Shown in pieces: positions 35,852 through 44,762 of a DNA stretch of 64,000 bases. Made by a program: the position numbers and the translations under genes. The number at the start of each line of letters is the position of its first letter. Position 1 is the first letter of the stretch. The notes under the pieces were generated by a model. The model did not search any database. It was not told where the DNA came from and saw only the letters and a program-made list of their open reading frames with translations. Where the stretch lies: positions 224,001-288,000 of the forward strand of contig JAVJQW010000062.1 in the NCBI GenBank assembly GCA_040218735.1, written 5' to 3'. The stretch is from Deltaproteobacteria bacterium (GTDB lineage Bacteria; Myxococcota; Kuafuiibacteriia; Kuafuiibacteriales; Kuafuiibacteriaceae).

Positions 35852-36993
35852 CAGAAGCGGAGCATCATCGCGGCGGCGGCCCCGTCGCCCGTGGGCGCGA
35901 CGCCGAGCGACAGCTCCGTGCCGTCTTCGTCCATCCCCGGCTCGGAGCCGTCCGGCCACTCGAGCACGAGCGCGACGATGGTCGCGATCCCGAACGCGGC
36001 CGTCACGCCTATCGCGACGTTGGTGATGGCCTCCGTCTGCTCGCCGTCCTCACAGATCGGTGTGGTCGGAGCCATCACGCAGTTCACGCGCATCGCCTCG
36101 GTGTCCTTCTCGAGGTCGAGCACCTTGAGACCGAAGTACGCGATCGCCGCGCCCGAGACGGCGGTGAGTGTCCCGAAGATCAACGTGTAGAACAGGCCGA
36201 ACTCCGGCTCGTCGTCCACGGGCCCGGTGACCGTGATCGGCGGCTCCGTGGGCGGCGGCGCGGACGCCACGGGCGGCGGAGGCGGCGGCGGCGCGGCCTT
36301 CTTCTCCGGCGTGAACTCCACCCGCACCGTCTCGGTCCGACCGCCCTCGATGCGCCCGCGCCAGTGCACGGACTCGAAGCCGGTCTGTTTGATGATCAGG
36401 TGGTGCTCACCCGGGACGAGCGTATCGAGCGCGGGGCGCGTGATCTTGGCGTCGTCGAGGAGCAGCTCGGCCCCCTCCAGGGACCCGAGCCCACCCGCGG
36501 TCAGCAGCTTGATCCGGCCCGTGAGCGGGGCCGGATCGCCGCCGGCCCCCTTCTCGACGTGCCAGCCGTACGCCTCGACGGCGTCGACCGTGAAGTCTTG
36601 GAGCTTCGCCTCGTGTTTGGAGCCGCGTTTGTTCGCGACACGCACGCGCGTGACGATCAGGTTCGCCCGCTTGGGCGTCCCTTCGAGCTGGATGCGAATC
36701 ACGTCCGTCGCGCCGACGGTGCGCCCGATCCCCGCGAAGCACGCGTAGCTCGCCTTCGCGCAGCCCGCCGCGATGAGCAGGTCGGGCACGCCGAGCGCCG
36801 GGGCCGGCATGAGCGAGGCCTCCGGCATCGCCGCCTTCACACGCTCGCGCGCGACGCGGTCGAGGTCCTTCACGAACTGCGCGTCGAACCCGGACTGCTC
36901 GACGGGCAGCACCAGCACGCTCCAGTCCGCAGCCTCCGCCGCGGGGGCCACGCCACACAGCAGTGCGGCTCCGATCCACGCCCCTACTCGCAC
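35851..36993 (-). CDS. PEGA-domain membrane protein
   Basis: Signal peptide; GAELLLD...LVPGEHHLIIKQTGFE; Pro-rich linker; two C-terminal TM helices. Confidence 0.75.
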   Translation of the reverse strand: MRVGAWIGAALLCGVAPAAEAADWSVLVLPVEQSGFDAQFVKDLDRVARERVKAAMPEASLMPAPALGVPDLLIAAGCAKASYACFAGIGRTVGATDVIRIQLEGTPKRANLIVTRVRVANKRGSKHEAKLQDFTVDAVEAYGWHVEKGAGGDPAPLTGRIKLLTAGGLGSLEGAELLLDDAKITRPALDTLVPGEHHLIIKQTGFESVHWRGRIEGGRTETVRVEFTPEKKAAPPPPPPPVASAPPPTEPPITVTGPVDDEPEFGLFYTLIFGTLTAVSGAAIAYFGLKVLDLEKDTEAMRVNCVMAPTTPICEDGEQTEAITNVAIGVTAAFGIATIVALVLEWPDGSEPGMDEDGTELSLGVAPTGDGAAAAMMLRF

Positions 36994-37055
36994 AGAGCGC
37001 CGGTAGCACGCACCCGGCGAGCCGGTCAAACCGACACCAAGCGCTCGGACGCCGT

Positions 37056-37784
37056 CTACGCGCGGCGGACGACCCAGGTGGGATCGATCGCGGCCAGGAA
37101 CGCATCCCGGCCCTCGGCGACGCGCGACGCGTCCCGGCCCTCGACCGTGACCTTGGTCTTGAACTCGTCGGTGTCGAAGCGGGGATAGGAGCCGAAGTCG
37201 ACGTCGTCGAACCGCCCCGCAATCGCGGTGAGCGCCTCCGCGAACCGATCCTCGCTCACGGACAAGAAGATCTGCTCGAGCACGAACGGCGTCTCGGCGA
37301 GGCGCGCGCGGAGGAAGCCGAACTTCGCCCGCAGGAACATCGGCACGCCGGGGAAGACGTAGACGTTGTTCATCTTCACGATCGGGTAGCGCAGCTCCTC
37401 GAGCCCGCACAGCTCAGCGCCACGCGGCAGCAGCGCCATGCGCTCCACGGCCTCGTTCATACGTTCGCCGAAGTGCTCGACGAGCATCTGGTGGAGCGTG
37501 GGGTTCCTCTCGATCGGGACGTCGAAGGCCTGGGCGATCGCGGTGAGCGTCATGTCGTCGTGCGTCGAGCCCACGCCCCCCGTGGTGAACACGTGCGTGA
37601 AGCGCGACGCCATGTCGCGGACGTCGGCGGCGATCGTGTCGACGTCGTCGCGGATGAACGCGACGCGCATCAGATCGATCCCCATCGCGTAGAGCTCGCG
37701 AATCAAGAACTTCGCGTTCTCCTCCTCGACCTTCCCGGAGAGGACCTCGTTCCCGATCACGACGATGCCGGCGGTGCTGGCCAT
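37056..37784 (-). CDS. Molybdopterin-binding/CinA N-terminal-like protein
   Basis: IVVIGNEVLSG, FTTGGVGSTHDDMT, FPGVP, GSYP. Confidence 0.88.
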   Translation of the reverse strand: MASTAGIVVIGNEVLSGKVEEENAKFLIRELYAMGIDLMRVAFIRDDVDTIAADVRDMASRFTHVFTTGGVGSTHDDMTLTAIAQAFDVPIERNPTLHQMLVEHFGERMNEAVERMALLPRGAELCGLEELRYPIVKMNNVYVFPGVPMFLRAKFGFLRARLAETPFVLEQIFLSVSEDRFAEALTAIAGRFDDVDFGSYPRFDTDEFKTKVTVEGRDASRVAEGRDAFLAAIDPTWVVRRA

Positions 37785-37888
37785 TCGCCCGAGCGTTTAA
37801 TGGCTCGGGGCCGGACCGTCAAACGGCCCGCGGCGCACAAACCGTTGAACGCCTTCGGACCCCACCGGCACTGACGGGGTGAAGCTCG

Positions 37889-38521
37889 ATGAACGTCGCC
37901 AAGACCACGCTGCGTCCCGGACGCCGACCCACTCCTCTGCCCGCGTCCGACCGCCGCGTCGGCCCGCCCGACGAAGTACCGTGGTCGCGGCGGGTGATGG
38001 CGTCCCTGTTGCCGTGGGGCCCGCTCGCCGCAGACGCCGAGGGCGTCGAGCTCGGCGCGGGTGTCGGCGCCTGGGCCACCGCCGTCGCGCCGAACGTCGG
38101 GCGCCTGCACGTGTTCACGGATGCGGCGAACATCGACGTCGCCCGCCGCGTGCTCGCGGCGCACGAACACGTCGAGATCTCGGACGCGGATCACATCGAC
38201 CTCCCCGACGCGAGCCAAGCCTTTGGGTACGCGCTCGGCGGCCTCGCCGATCCCGAAGCGCAGCTCGTCGAGCTCGCGCGGGTGCTCGCGCCGGGCGCGC
38301 CGCTCGCCGTCTACTTCCCCGCGCCGAAGGACGCCCCGTGGCCCGCCGCGCCGCGCCTGTTGCGCCGGTTCCTCCGACCTTCGCCGCACACCGGCCGCGA
38401 GGACGTCGTCGCGCTCCTCGAACGCTGCGGCTTCACCGACGTGCGCTTCCTCCCGGTGCCTCCGGACTGGCGCGTCATCGCGAAGCGTCGACGTCAGCCG
38501 GGCCGCGGCACCTTGCTGTAG
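37889..38521 (+). CDS. Class I SAM-dependent methyltransferase-like protein
   Basis: VELGAGVG; LPDAS; ELARVLAPG; LERCGF. Confidence 0.65.
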   Translation: MNVAKTTLRPGRRPTPLPASDRRVGPPDEVPWSRRVMASLLPWGPLAADAEGVELGAGVGAWATAVAPNVGRLHVFTDAANIDVARRVLAAHEHVEISDADHIDLPDASQAFGYALGGLADPEAQLVELARVLAPGAPLAVYFPAPKDAPWPAAPRLLRRFLRPSPHTGREDVVALLERCGFTDVRFLPVPPDWRVIAKRRRQPGRGTLL

Positions 38522-39888
38522 ATCTGCCTCAGCTTGTGCCCCTGCGCCTGTCGCTCCAGCGAGTCGACGGGCGCGACGTCGAGCTTCAACCGCCCGACGT
38601 GGTTGTCCGCGAAGTACGTCGAGAAGCGCCGCTCGAGCTCGGCCGTCAACGCCGACGCGTCGGCGCCCGCGTCCGCGACGTAACGGATCGACAGGGCGTT
38701 CTGCGCTTCGTGCACGAGCTGGTACTGGAGCAGCCCGCGCAGGTCGAGGAAGAGCACTTCGAACGGCACCGGCGGGAACGCGCGGAACGCGCCGGCGTCG
38801 TCCTCCAGGTAGAACGTGTCGTCGCTACGCCCCTCGACGCGGATCATCGGGAACGCCGCGCCGCAACCGCACTGGCCTTCGAGCACCGTCACGGAGTCCT
38901 CCAGCACGTAGCGGATCAGCGGCTGCCCGTAGTTTTCGAGGTTCGTGAGGTACACCCGCGCGCTCGGCGTTCCGACAGGCACCGGACGGCCATCGGCGTC
39001 GACCGGTTCGAGCACACAGAGATCTTCGTTCACGTGCAGGTTGCCGAGCTTGCACTGGTTCCCGATCGTCAGGCACTCGGTCGCGCCGTACGTCTCGGAC
39101 ACCTCCGCGTTCGGGAACGCGCGGCGGATCGTCTCGCGCGCGAGCTGCGACACCGGCTCGCTCCCCAGCGACACGAACTCCGGATCGATCGCGAGGTCCC
39201 CGGCGAGCTGCGCGCCCGCGAGGACTTCGAGGTAGGTCGGGTAGCTGTGCAGGTAGTGCGGCCGGTAGCGGTTGAGGCGCGCGACGGTCTCCTCCAGCGG
39301 GCTCGTCACCGAGAACGCCGACATCTTCATGAACGCGCGCGCGAGCAGCGGCTGAAACGTCGACACCAGCGCGGTGATGTAGTGCCCGCCGGTCGCGATC
39401 GTCATCGCCATGCGGTAGCGCCGCCCCCAGCAGAAGCGGATGATCTCGTGCGGCACCAGCCGGTGCCTCAGGATGCGCGCGAGGAGCCCGCCGTTCAGCC
39501 GCGCCCAGGCGTCGCGGTCGGTGACGAAGTACCCGACGCGCCCCGTCGTCCCCGAGGTGGTCGCGACGACGAAACGCCCGTCGTAGAGCCGCCCGACGTT
39601 CGCGGGATCCTCCGTGAACACCCGCGCCTGCTCCAACGTGAGCGCGCGGTTCGCGATCGAGTCGTCGAAGCGCGCCATCAGCTCCGGCTTGGTGATCGGC
39701 TCGATCCGATCGAGGTGGTCCGGGCTCGGATCGTCGATGCGCTCCGCGTACAGCGGCGTCGTCGCCTTCGCGTGCGCGAGCAGCGCCGCGAGCCGGGCGC
39801 GCTGCACTTCGGCCATGCGCTCCGGGGACAGCCGGCGCTCGCGGTACAGGCAGCCGACGGCCGCGCCGAGGAAGCGCGTGAGGCTCAT
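38494..39888 (-). CDS. Phenylacetate-CoA ligase/F390 synthetase-like adenylating enzyme
   Basis: ATTSGTTG, ETYGATE, PLIRYVLED, EGRSDD. Confidence 0.88.
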   Translation of the reverse strand: MSLTRFLGAAVGCLYRERRLSPERMAEVQRARLAALLAHAKATTPLYAERIDDPSPDHLDRIEPITKPELMARFDDSIANRALTLEQARVFTEDPANVGRLYDGRFVVATTSGTTGRVGYFVTDRDAWARLNGGLLARILRHRLVPHEIIRFCWGRRYRMAMTIATGGHYITALVSTFQPLLARAFMKMSAFSVTSPLEETVARLNRYRPHYLHSYPTYLEVLAGAQLAGDLAIDPEFVSLGSEPVSQLARETIRRAFPNAEVSETYGATECLTIGNQCKLGNLHVNEDLCVLEPVDADGRPVPVGTPSARVYLTNLENYGQPLIRYVLEDSVTVLEGQCGCGAAFPMIRVEGRSDDTFYLEDDAGAFRAFPPVPFEVLFLDLRGLLQYQLVHEAQNALSIRYVADAGADASALTAELERRFSTYFADNHVGRLKLDVAPVDSLERQAQGHKLRQIYSKVPRPG

Positions 39889-39901
39889 GATGGGTCCGCC
39901 G

Positions 39902-40522
39902 TCAGCGCTCCCAGTCGTCGGGGGCGCCCTCTTCCTCTTGGCCGCCCGAAGCGGCGGCGTCGCTCGCGAGGGAGTACCTCAGCAGGCTCCGCTTGGTCTG
40001 CGGCGTGCGCTTGCCCTGGATCTCCGCCTCGGTCTCCATCTTCACGAGGCCGACGCCCTTCGCCCAGGTGAACCGCGCGTGCAGCGTGACGTTTTCGTCG
40101 CGGCGGATCTCCGAGGTGACCACGAGGCAGTCGTCGAACGAACCCGCCGCGGCCGAGCAACGCTCGCCGACGGAGTCGATCCGGTAGCGCTCCACCGCGG
40201 ACGCCGACACGATCGCCTTCCACGTCTGCCCCGGCGCGAGCGGCTCCTGGATCAGATAACGCGCGCGATCCCGCAGGCCGTCGTTCACGTGGCGCAGCTC
40301 GCCCTGCTGGTTGTCGCGGAAGTAGCCGTCGTCGGTCTTCGACAACACCTCGACGGTCTGTTCGCCCTGCTGCCCCTGGAAGTTCATCTTGTAGGTCCAG
40401 CTCGCGCCGACCTCGAGCGGCGCGTAGTCAGCGGCCCGCGGACCGGACGCGTCCGATCCCGCAGTGGGCGTCGACGCGCAGGCGCCGAGGAGGAGCGAAG
40501 CCAGGAGGGACGTGCGTCGCAC
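39902..40522 (-). CDS. Hypothetical lipoprotein
   Basis: LLLGAC; YAPLEVGASWTY...AGSFDDC...WAKGVGLVK. Confidence 0.7.
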   Translation of the reverse strand: MRRTSLLASLLLGACASTPTAGSDASGPRAADYAPLEVGASWTYKMNFQGQQGEQTVEVLSKTDDGYFRDNQQGELRHVNDGLRDRARYLIQEPLAPGQTWKAIVSASAVERYRIDSVGERCSAAAGSFDDCLVVTSEIRRDENVTLHARFTWAKGVGLVKMETEAEIQGKRTPQTKRSLLRYSLASDAAASGGQEEEGAPDDWER

Positions 40523-40600
40523 GCTGCTGGTGTACCAACGCGCGCCCCGATTTTCGACCGCTTCTGACGCGTCTCGCCCTCGCGCTGCTAATGTGACGCG

Positions 40601-41560
40601 GTGTTCTGGAGGCGTTCGAAGGACCGTAGACCGGCTGTCACGCTGATCACCGGGTTCCTGGGCTCCGGGAAGACGACCCTGCTGAACCGCCTCCTCGCGA
40701 ACACCGACGGCTTCCGGGTCGGCGTGCTGGTCAACGACTTCGGGGAGGTCAACATCGACGCCGAGCTCGTCGTCGGCGTCGAGCGCGACAAAATCAGCCT
40801 CGCCAACGGCTGTATCTGCTGCACGATCCGCGGCGACCTGATCCGATCCGTGAACCGGCTCCTGAAGAGCAAGGACGCGCTCGACCACATCCTCGTCGAG
40901 GCGAGCGGGATCTCCGAGCCGCTCCCGATCGCCCAGACGTTCCTCAAGATGCAGGCCGAGGAGCGCCTCACGCTCGACGGGATCGTCGCCCTCATCGACG
41001 CCGAGGGGTTCATGGACCTCCGCCCCGACCAGCGCCTCCTCGCCGAAGCGCAGATCAAGGTCGCGGACCTCATCGTCCTCAACAAGGCGGACCTCGTGGA
41101 CGAGGACAAACTCGCCCTGCTCCGCCGCGTCGTCCGCAGCAGCGTCCCGAGCGCGCGGCTCTTCGCCACCGAGCAGGCCGACGTCCCGCTCGAAATCCTC
41201 GCGAGCACGCGGATGCCCGGCGAGCGGACGCTCCCCGACGAAGACGGCCACCACCACCCGGAGCGACAGTTCGAGACGGTCGCGCTGAGCGCCACCACCC
41301 CCCTGTCCCTGGAGCGCTTCCAACGCGCGATGGTCACGCTGCCGACGTGGCTCTACCGGGCGAAGGGGTTCGTCGAGCTCGTGGAGCTGCCCAAACACCG
41401 CGCCGAGTTCCACCTCGTGGGGCGCCGACTCACGGTGACGACCAGCCGCCGGTGGAAACGCGGCGAACGGGTCTCGCGGCTCGTCTTCATCGGCGACGCC
41501 GACGGCTTCGACGCGCAGGTCCTCGACGAGGCCGTGCGGCGCAGCGTCTCGCAGAACTGA
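40601..41560 (+). CDS. COG0523/CobW-family metallochaperone GTPase
   Basis: TGFLGSGKTT, NDFGEVNID, GCICC, EASG, LNKADL, short His patch, YRAKG. Confidence 0.92.
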   Translation: MFWRRSKDRRPAVTLITGFLGSGKTTLLNRLLANTDGFRVGVLVNDFGEVNIDAELVVGVERDKISLANGCICCTIRGDLIRSVNRLLKSKDALDHILVEASGISEPLPIAQTFLKMQAEERLTLDGIVALIDAEGFMDLRPDQRLLAEAQIKVADLIVLNKADLVDEDKLALLRRVVRSSVPSARLFATEQADVPLEILASTRMPGERTLPDEDGHHHPERQFETVALSATTPLSLERFQRAMVTLPTWLYRAKGFVELVELPKHRAEFHLVGRRLTVTTSRRWKRGERVSRLVFIGDADGFDAQVLDEAVRRSVSQN

Positions 41561-41578
41561 CCCACGACGTCGGGTCGT

Positions 41579-42919
41579 TCAGAGCGCGTCGACGACCTGC
41601 ACCGATCGCTCGTCGGTCCAGCTCTCGGCGTCGAGCGTCGCGGTCACCCGCAGCGTGATCGTCGCGCCGATCAAGTCGCGCGCGTCGCGGATGTCGAGGA
41701 CCACACGATCGCCGACGCGAACCCACGCGTCCGGTTCGGACAGCACGCCCCTCGGGGACAGCTCCGCGCGTGTCTCGTAGCTGACGCGCTGACCGCTGCC
41801 GTCGAGCGCCTCGTAGCTCAGCCGCACGCCGTCGGGATCGAAGCCGCCGAAGCGAACCGCGACGTCGATGTGCCACCCGCCCTGGATGCCCTCGACGATC
41901 TCGACGTCACCGCCCGGGGCCAACGGGACGAACTCGGTCGTGCCGGTGCCGAGCTCGAGCCACGTATCGCCGTGCACCGCGGGGCTGAGCTCGGGGTGCG
42001 AGGGCGTCGGCGGGCCGACCATGAAGTCCGCGCCGGAGTCCTGCGTGTCCTGCCACGTGCCCCCGCTTCGGATCCGGTGGAGTGACTCACCGACGTAGGT
42101 GTCCGAGACCCAGTTGAAGCCGCGGTCCACCTGCGACGGGAGCCGCTTGAAGGCCGCCGAGTCGCCGTCCATCAGCGCTTCGACCCCGTCGAGCACGGCC
42201 GCGGCGGGCGCCGTCGGGAGCGGTCCGAACGGCCCGGGCTCGGTGCCCAGCGCGGTGTCCGCCTCCAGGATGACCAGGCTCGCGCCGAACACGGGCACCA
42301 GCCAGTCGAAGCCGCCGTTGAACACCACCATCTCCAGGTTGGGGACCGTCGGATGATCCTCGTCGCGACCCGGGACGTAGGCCTCGAAGTCCGCGCCGGA
42401 CAGATCGATGGTCGAGAAGGGGCGATGGTTGGTGCCGTCGTGCACGACCAAGAGCTGCTCGCCCGGCTCCAGTCGAGCGCCGACCGGGATCCGCCAGACC
42501 GAATTCAGGACGACCGTGTCCGGACGGCGATCGCCGAAGCCGTCCGGCGACGTGCCCGGGTTGATCTCACCCGCGACGCCGAACGCGTCGGCGACCAACA
42601 CACCGCCGAGATCCAACGGCGCGTCGCTGGCGTTCACCAGCTCGATGAACTGATCCGAGAAGTAGTGGTCCGTGCCGCCCGCGGGGGCGGCGCCGCTGTA
42701 GTACAGCTCTTCGATCAGCAAATCGCCTTGGCGCGGTCGCACCGCCGGAATCGGTGCACACACCCCGGCGTCGTCTCGAACCTCACCACGCCCGCACGGC
42801 GGCGGTCCGGCGTCCCGCACGGCGGTCCCCGCGTCCGACGGGCCCGCGGGCGAGGACGGCTCCCCCGCGCACGCGACGAGCAGCCAACACCCGAGGGCGG
42901 GGGCCACCTTGCCGCGCAT
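41579..42919 (-). CDS. Lipoprotein with DUF4876-like (lamin-tail-like) domain and extra C-terminal domain
   Basis: LLVAC; LLIEELYYSG...SDQFIELVN; IDLSGADFE; VPNL; VLDGVE; KRLP..VDRGF; QDT..SGADF. Confidence 0.7.
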   Translation of the reverse strand: MRGKVAPALGCWLLVACAGEPSSPAGPSDAGTAVRDAGPPPCGRGEVRDDAGVCAPIPAVRPRQGDLLIEELYYSGAAPAGGTDHYFSDQFIELVNASDAPLDLGGVLVADAFGVAGEINPGTSPDGFGDRRPDTVVLNSVWRIPVGARLEPGEQLLVVHDGTNHRPFSTIDLSGADFEAYVPGRDEDHPTVPNLEMVVFNGGFDWLVPVFGASLVILEADTALGTEPGPFGPLPTAPAAAVLDGVEALMDGDSAAFKRLPSQVDRGFNWVSDTYVGESLHRIRSGGTWQDTQDSGADFMVGPPTPSHPELSPAVHGDTWLELGTGTTEFVPLAPGGDVEIVEGIQGGWHIDVAVRFGGFDPDGVRLSYEALDGSGQRVSYETRAELSPRGVLSEPDAWVRVGDRVVLDIRDARDLIGATITLRVTATLDAESWTDERSVQVVDAL

Positions 42920-42997
42920 CACCTTCGTCTCGAACACGAGGTGAAGGCCTAGCCTCGGGGTCCGAGCTTGTCGACCTCGATCCGTGCTTCGGTCGGG

Positions 42998-43933
42998 TCA
43001 GGGCGGCGACGTCTTCAGCTGCTGCGCTTCGCGAGCCTCGAGCTCTTCGAGGGCCTGGCGCGCGACCTCGCGCAGCGCCTCGTCCGGATAGCCGCTCTGC
43101 ACCGTGAACAAGTACCCCTTCGCGTCGCGGCCGCCGAGCTGGGCGATCGCGAACAGGATCTGCGCGAGGTACGAAGGTGGCCGGCGGCGGCCCGCGTCGA
43201 TCAGGACCGGCACGGCCTCCGGATCTCCGATCGCGACCAACGCCCCGATCGCCGCGAGGACGACGCGCTGCTTTTCCTCTTCGTCGCGGACGATCTCGGA
43301 GAGCTTCGGCACGGCGGCGCGGATCTGGTTCTGAGCGATCAGGCGCATCGCGCCGAGCCGACGTTTCTCGTCGGCGTCGTCGAGCGTGGCGAGGAGCGTC
43401 GCCTCGTCGGCGTCCTCCAGCTTCATCGCAAACGTGAGCTCCCCGATGAGCTCGCCGACCGCCTCCGCGGCGAGCTGGTCGAACGTGAAGCTCGGGTCGA
43501 CGTTCTTCGCGTGTAGCAGCTCGGCGGCGTACTCGCGCTCGCCGGCCGCGAGCGGGTGCAGCCGCATCCCGATCATCACGGCGCGCCGCACCTTCCCTTC
43601 GAGGGTCGCGGGATCCTCTTCGCCCTCCGGGATCGCCGAACGCTCGGTGAGCAGGCCGACGCGGACGTCGAGCTGCCACTTCGTCTCCTGGCCGCGCGCG
43701 TTGCGGAACTCGAAGCCCGGGATCTGTTTCATCCCCGCGGCGATCGCGGCCTCGAGCTGTTTGCGATCCAAGCGCGCCGGCGCCGTCTCGTCCGCGAGCG
43801 TGCGGTCGAGGATATCGACGTAGGTGATCGGCTTTGCGTCCTCGCACCCGCGCAGCTGACAGGAAGTCAGCGCGAAGAGCGCGCTAGATGCCCAGAAGGA
43901 GGCGCGTACCAAAGTTGTGCGCGAGGCCCGCAT
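42998..43933 (-). CDS. HEAT-repeat lipoprotein
   Basis: ALTSC lipobox; AAIGALVAIGDPEAVPVLI repeats. Confidence 0.7.
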   Translation of the reverse strand: MRASRTTLVRASFWASSALFALTSCQLRGCEDAKPITYVDILDRTLADETAPARLDRKQLEAAIAAGMKQIPGFEFRNARGQETKWQLDVRVGLLTERSAIPEGEEDPATLEGKVRRAVMIGMRLHPLAAGEREYAAELLHAKNVDPSFTFDQLAAEAVGELIGELTFAMKLEDADEATLLATLDDADEKRRLGAMRLIAQNQIRAAVPKLSEIVRDEEEKQRVVLAAIGALVAIGDPEAVPVLIDAGRRRPPSYLAQILFAIAQLGGRDAKGYLFTVQSGYPDEALREVARQALEELEAREAQQLKTSPP

Positions 43934-44618
43934 CGATGATCTTCTGGCGCTGCGACTCGATGTCGTAGTCGACGCGCACGTACTCGAACTTCCGCTCCTC
44001 GGTGTCGTAGATGCCGGCGCACGCGCGCGGATCGTAGTCGCGGGGCTGGCCGACGGAGCCGACCGTGATCACGTACTTCATCTCCGGCTTGAGCGTGAAC
44101 TTCGGCGCGACGACGTCGAGGGCGTCGTCCTCGGTCAGCGCGAACACCTTCGTGAGGTGGCTGTGCCCGATGAACGTGACGTCCGCGAGGTCGTCCTTCT
44201 GGACGAGCAGGTCCCGCGCCTGATCGAGCGCGAAGATGTAGTCGTACTCCTCGGGCTGGAATGGCGATCCGTGCGACAGCTCCACGTGCTCGACGCGGTG
44301 GGTGTACGGCAGGCCTTCGAGCCACCCGAGGTTGTCGGGCGACAGACGCTCGCGGCACCAGTCGAGCGCCTCACGCGCGGCGTCGTAATAGTACGAGTAG
44401 TCCATGCGGCCGGCGACGGCGGCGTCGTGGTTGCCGAGCAGCGTCACCTCGCACAGATCGCGGATGCGCGAGCAGCACGCGTCCGGCTCCGCGCCGTAAC
44501 CGACGATGTCGCCGAGGCAGTACCAGCGATCGATCCCGCCGATCTCGTCGAAGCGAGCGAGGATGGCTTCCAGGGCTTCGATGTTCCCGTGGATGTCCGA
44601 GAGAATCGCGTAGCGCAT
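43884..44618 (-). CDS. Calcineurin-like metallophosphoesterase
   Basis: SDIHGN, LGDIVGYG, GNHD, HGSP, GHSH, GSVGQPRD. Confidence 0.93.
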   Translation of the reverse strand: MRYAILSDIHGNIEALEAILARFDEIGGIDRWYCLGDIVGYGAEPDACCSRIRDLCEVTLLGNHDAAVAGRMDYSYYYDAAREALDWCRERLSPDNLGWLEGLPYTHRVEHVELSHGSPFQPEEYDYIFALDQARDLLVQKDDLADVTFIGHSHLTKVFALTEDDALDVVAPKFTLKPEMKYVITVGSVGQPRDYDPRACAGIYDTEERKFEYVRVDYDIESQRQKIIDAGLAHNFGTRLLLGI

Positions 44619-44762
44619 TAGAGCCTCGCCACCGTAGTCGCGAGCGCCCCCCCGCGCAATCTCAACGACGACGCGAAGTCACATGAGGGGCGATGGCCGT
44701 CGCGGGTGAACCCTCGGGCCACCTGGATCTCGGGGCGAGGACGCCCTATCAAGAGAGGGAAC

